Source: Promethearchaeia archaeon
GTDB lineage: Archaea; Asgardarchaeota; Lokiarchaeia; Sigyniarchaeales; SOKP01
Assembly (NCBI GenBank): GCA_029856125.1
Contig: JAHQWJ010000094.1
Coordinates: 1-28,532 of the forward strand
Length of the DNA stretch: 28,532 nt
Direction: 5' to 3'
Positions 27,691 through 28,532 of this stretch are shown here, piece after piece (the first letter of the stretch is position 1; each line of letters begins with the position of its first letter). The notes under the pieces were generated by a model. The model had not been told where the DNA came from. It searched no databases and saw nothing but the letters and a program-made list of their open reading frames with translations. Made by a program: the position numbers and the translations under genes.

Positions 27691-28532
27691 ATGGATGATA
27701 TTTATTATTTAGTACTTGCAGGTGGAGTAGGAGCAGCTAAATTTATAGAAGGATTGGCCAATGTAATTGATCCTGCTTTATTAAAGATCGTAATAAATAC
27801 AGGTGACGATATAGAATTATACGGTTTACAAATCTGCCCTGATATAGATATAATAACGTACACTTTGGCGGGAAATGTAGATAAAGAAAAAGGGTGGGGG
27901 TTTCAAGATGAGTCTTTTAATTGTCTAAAATCTTTAAAACAATTCTACGATTTTGAGTGGTTCAATTTAGGAGATAAAGACTTAGCAACGCATATATATA
28001 GATCGGACCTTTTTAAAAAGGGATTTAGTAAATCAGAAATTACTATGAAAATAGCTGAAAAAATGGGGATAAAATCTCATCTCATACCAATGACTAATGA
28101 GAGTGTTCAAACGATAATTTCAACTGATTCAGAAGAAATGCATTTTGAAGAATTTTTTATTAGATACAATTGTAGACCAAAAATACTAGACATTAAGTTC
28201 AAAGGCATTGATAAAGCAAAACCAGTTGAGGGTGTGCTCGATTACATAAAGCATGCTGAGAGAGTTATAATTTGTCCTTCGAACCCTGTAGTCTCCATTG
28301 GAACTATACTAACGATTCCTGGAATTAGGAAAAGTTTGAAAGACATCAAACAAAAAGTAATTGCAATAAGCCCAATTATAGAAGGGGCGACAGTTAAAGG
28401 TCCAGCAGATAAAATGATGAAACACCTAGGGCTCGAAGTTTCTAGTGTTGGAGTGGCGCATTACTATAGAGACATAATAAGTCATTTCATTATTGATAAT
28501 AAAGATTGTGTATTAAAGCCGACTATTAAGGA
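27691..28532 (+). CDS. cofD: 2-phospho-L-lactate/phosphoenolpyruvate transferase CofD (FbiA), 3'-truncated at window edge
   Basis: Absent from the ORF track. Manual translation from ATG 27691: LVLAGGVGAAKF, INTGDD, ICPDIDIITYTLAG, WFNLGDKDLATH, PMTNE, HFEEF, PSNPVVSIG, KGPADKMM. Confidence 0.95.
   Translation, partial: MDDIYYLVLAGGVGAAKFIEGLANVIDPALLKIVINTGDDIELYGLQICPDIDIITYTLAGNVDKEKGWGFQDESFNCLKSLKQFYDFEWFNLGDKDLATHIYRSDLFKKGFSKSEITMKIAEKMGIKSHLIPMTNESVQTIISTDSEEMHFEEFFIRYNCRPKILDIKFKGIDKAKPVEGVLDYIKHAERVIICPSNPVVSIGTILTIPGIRKSLKDIKQKVIAISPIIEGATVKGPADKMMKHLGLEVSSVGVAHYYRDIISHFIIDNKDCVLKPTIK

Noticed and set aside
1-28532. tRNA, rRNA, transposase, integrase or terminal inverted repeats
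   Set aside because: Intergenic spaces are short and very AT-rich with no cloverleaf or rRNA-like segments; no mobility ORFs were recognised.

Overview
AT-rich, gene-dense archaeal DNA, most likely from an Asgard archaeon of the Lokiarchaeia type (inferred from several eukaryotic-signature-like genes mixed with archaeal housekeeping genes). From left to right: a ribophorin-I-like (OST1/RPN1) gene that is missing from the ORF track, running off the left edge and head-to-head with sec61beta; mazG and a degenerate tandem copy; a five-gene sugar/glycan-modification cluster; type II methionine aminopeptidase; a roadblock/LC7 protein; a membrane-anchored penicillin-acylase-family enzyme with a small membrane partner; a 7-TM protein; a two-gene operon of V4R/TRAPP-Bet3-fold proteins; an MBL-fold hydrolase; a gelsolin-domain protein; thioredoxin; a lone hdrC; a bacterial-type TIM; a longin-like protein; a bacterial-core LeuRS with an archaeal-type tail; and an operon of lipS2 - lipoate ligase - lipS1 - cofE/nitroreductase fusion (FbiB-like) - cofD, running off the right edge. 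The best candidate for an undescribed system is the operon encoding one Bet3-like and one Trs31/Trs33-like subunit with a long helical extension (a possible proto-TRAPP heterodimer), with a longin-like gene about 4 kb away. All family calls come from motif recognition by eye; no searches were run. I saw no rRNA, tRNA, CRISPR array or mobile element.
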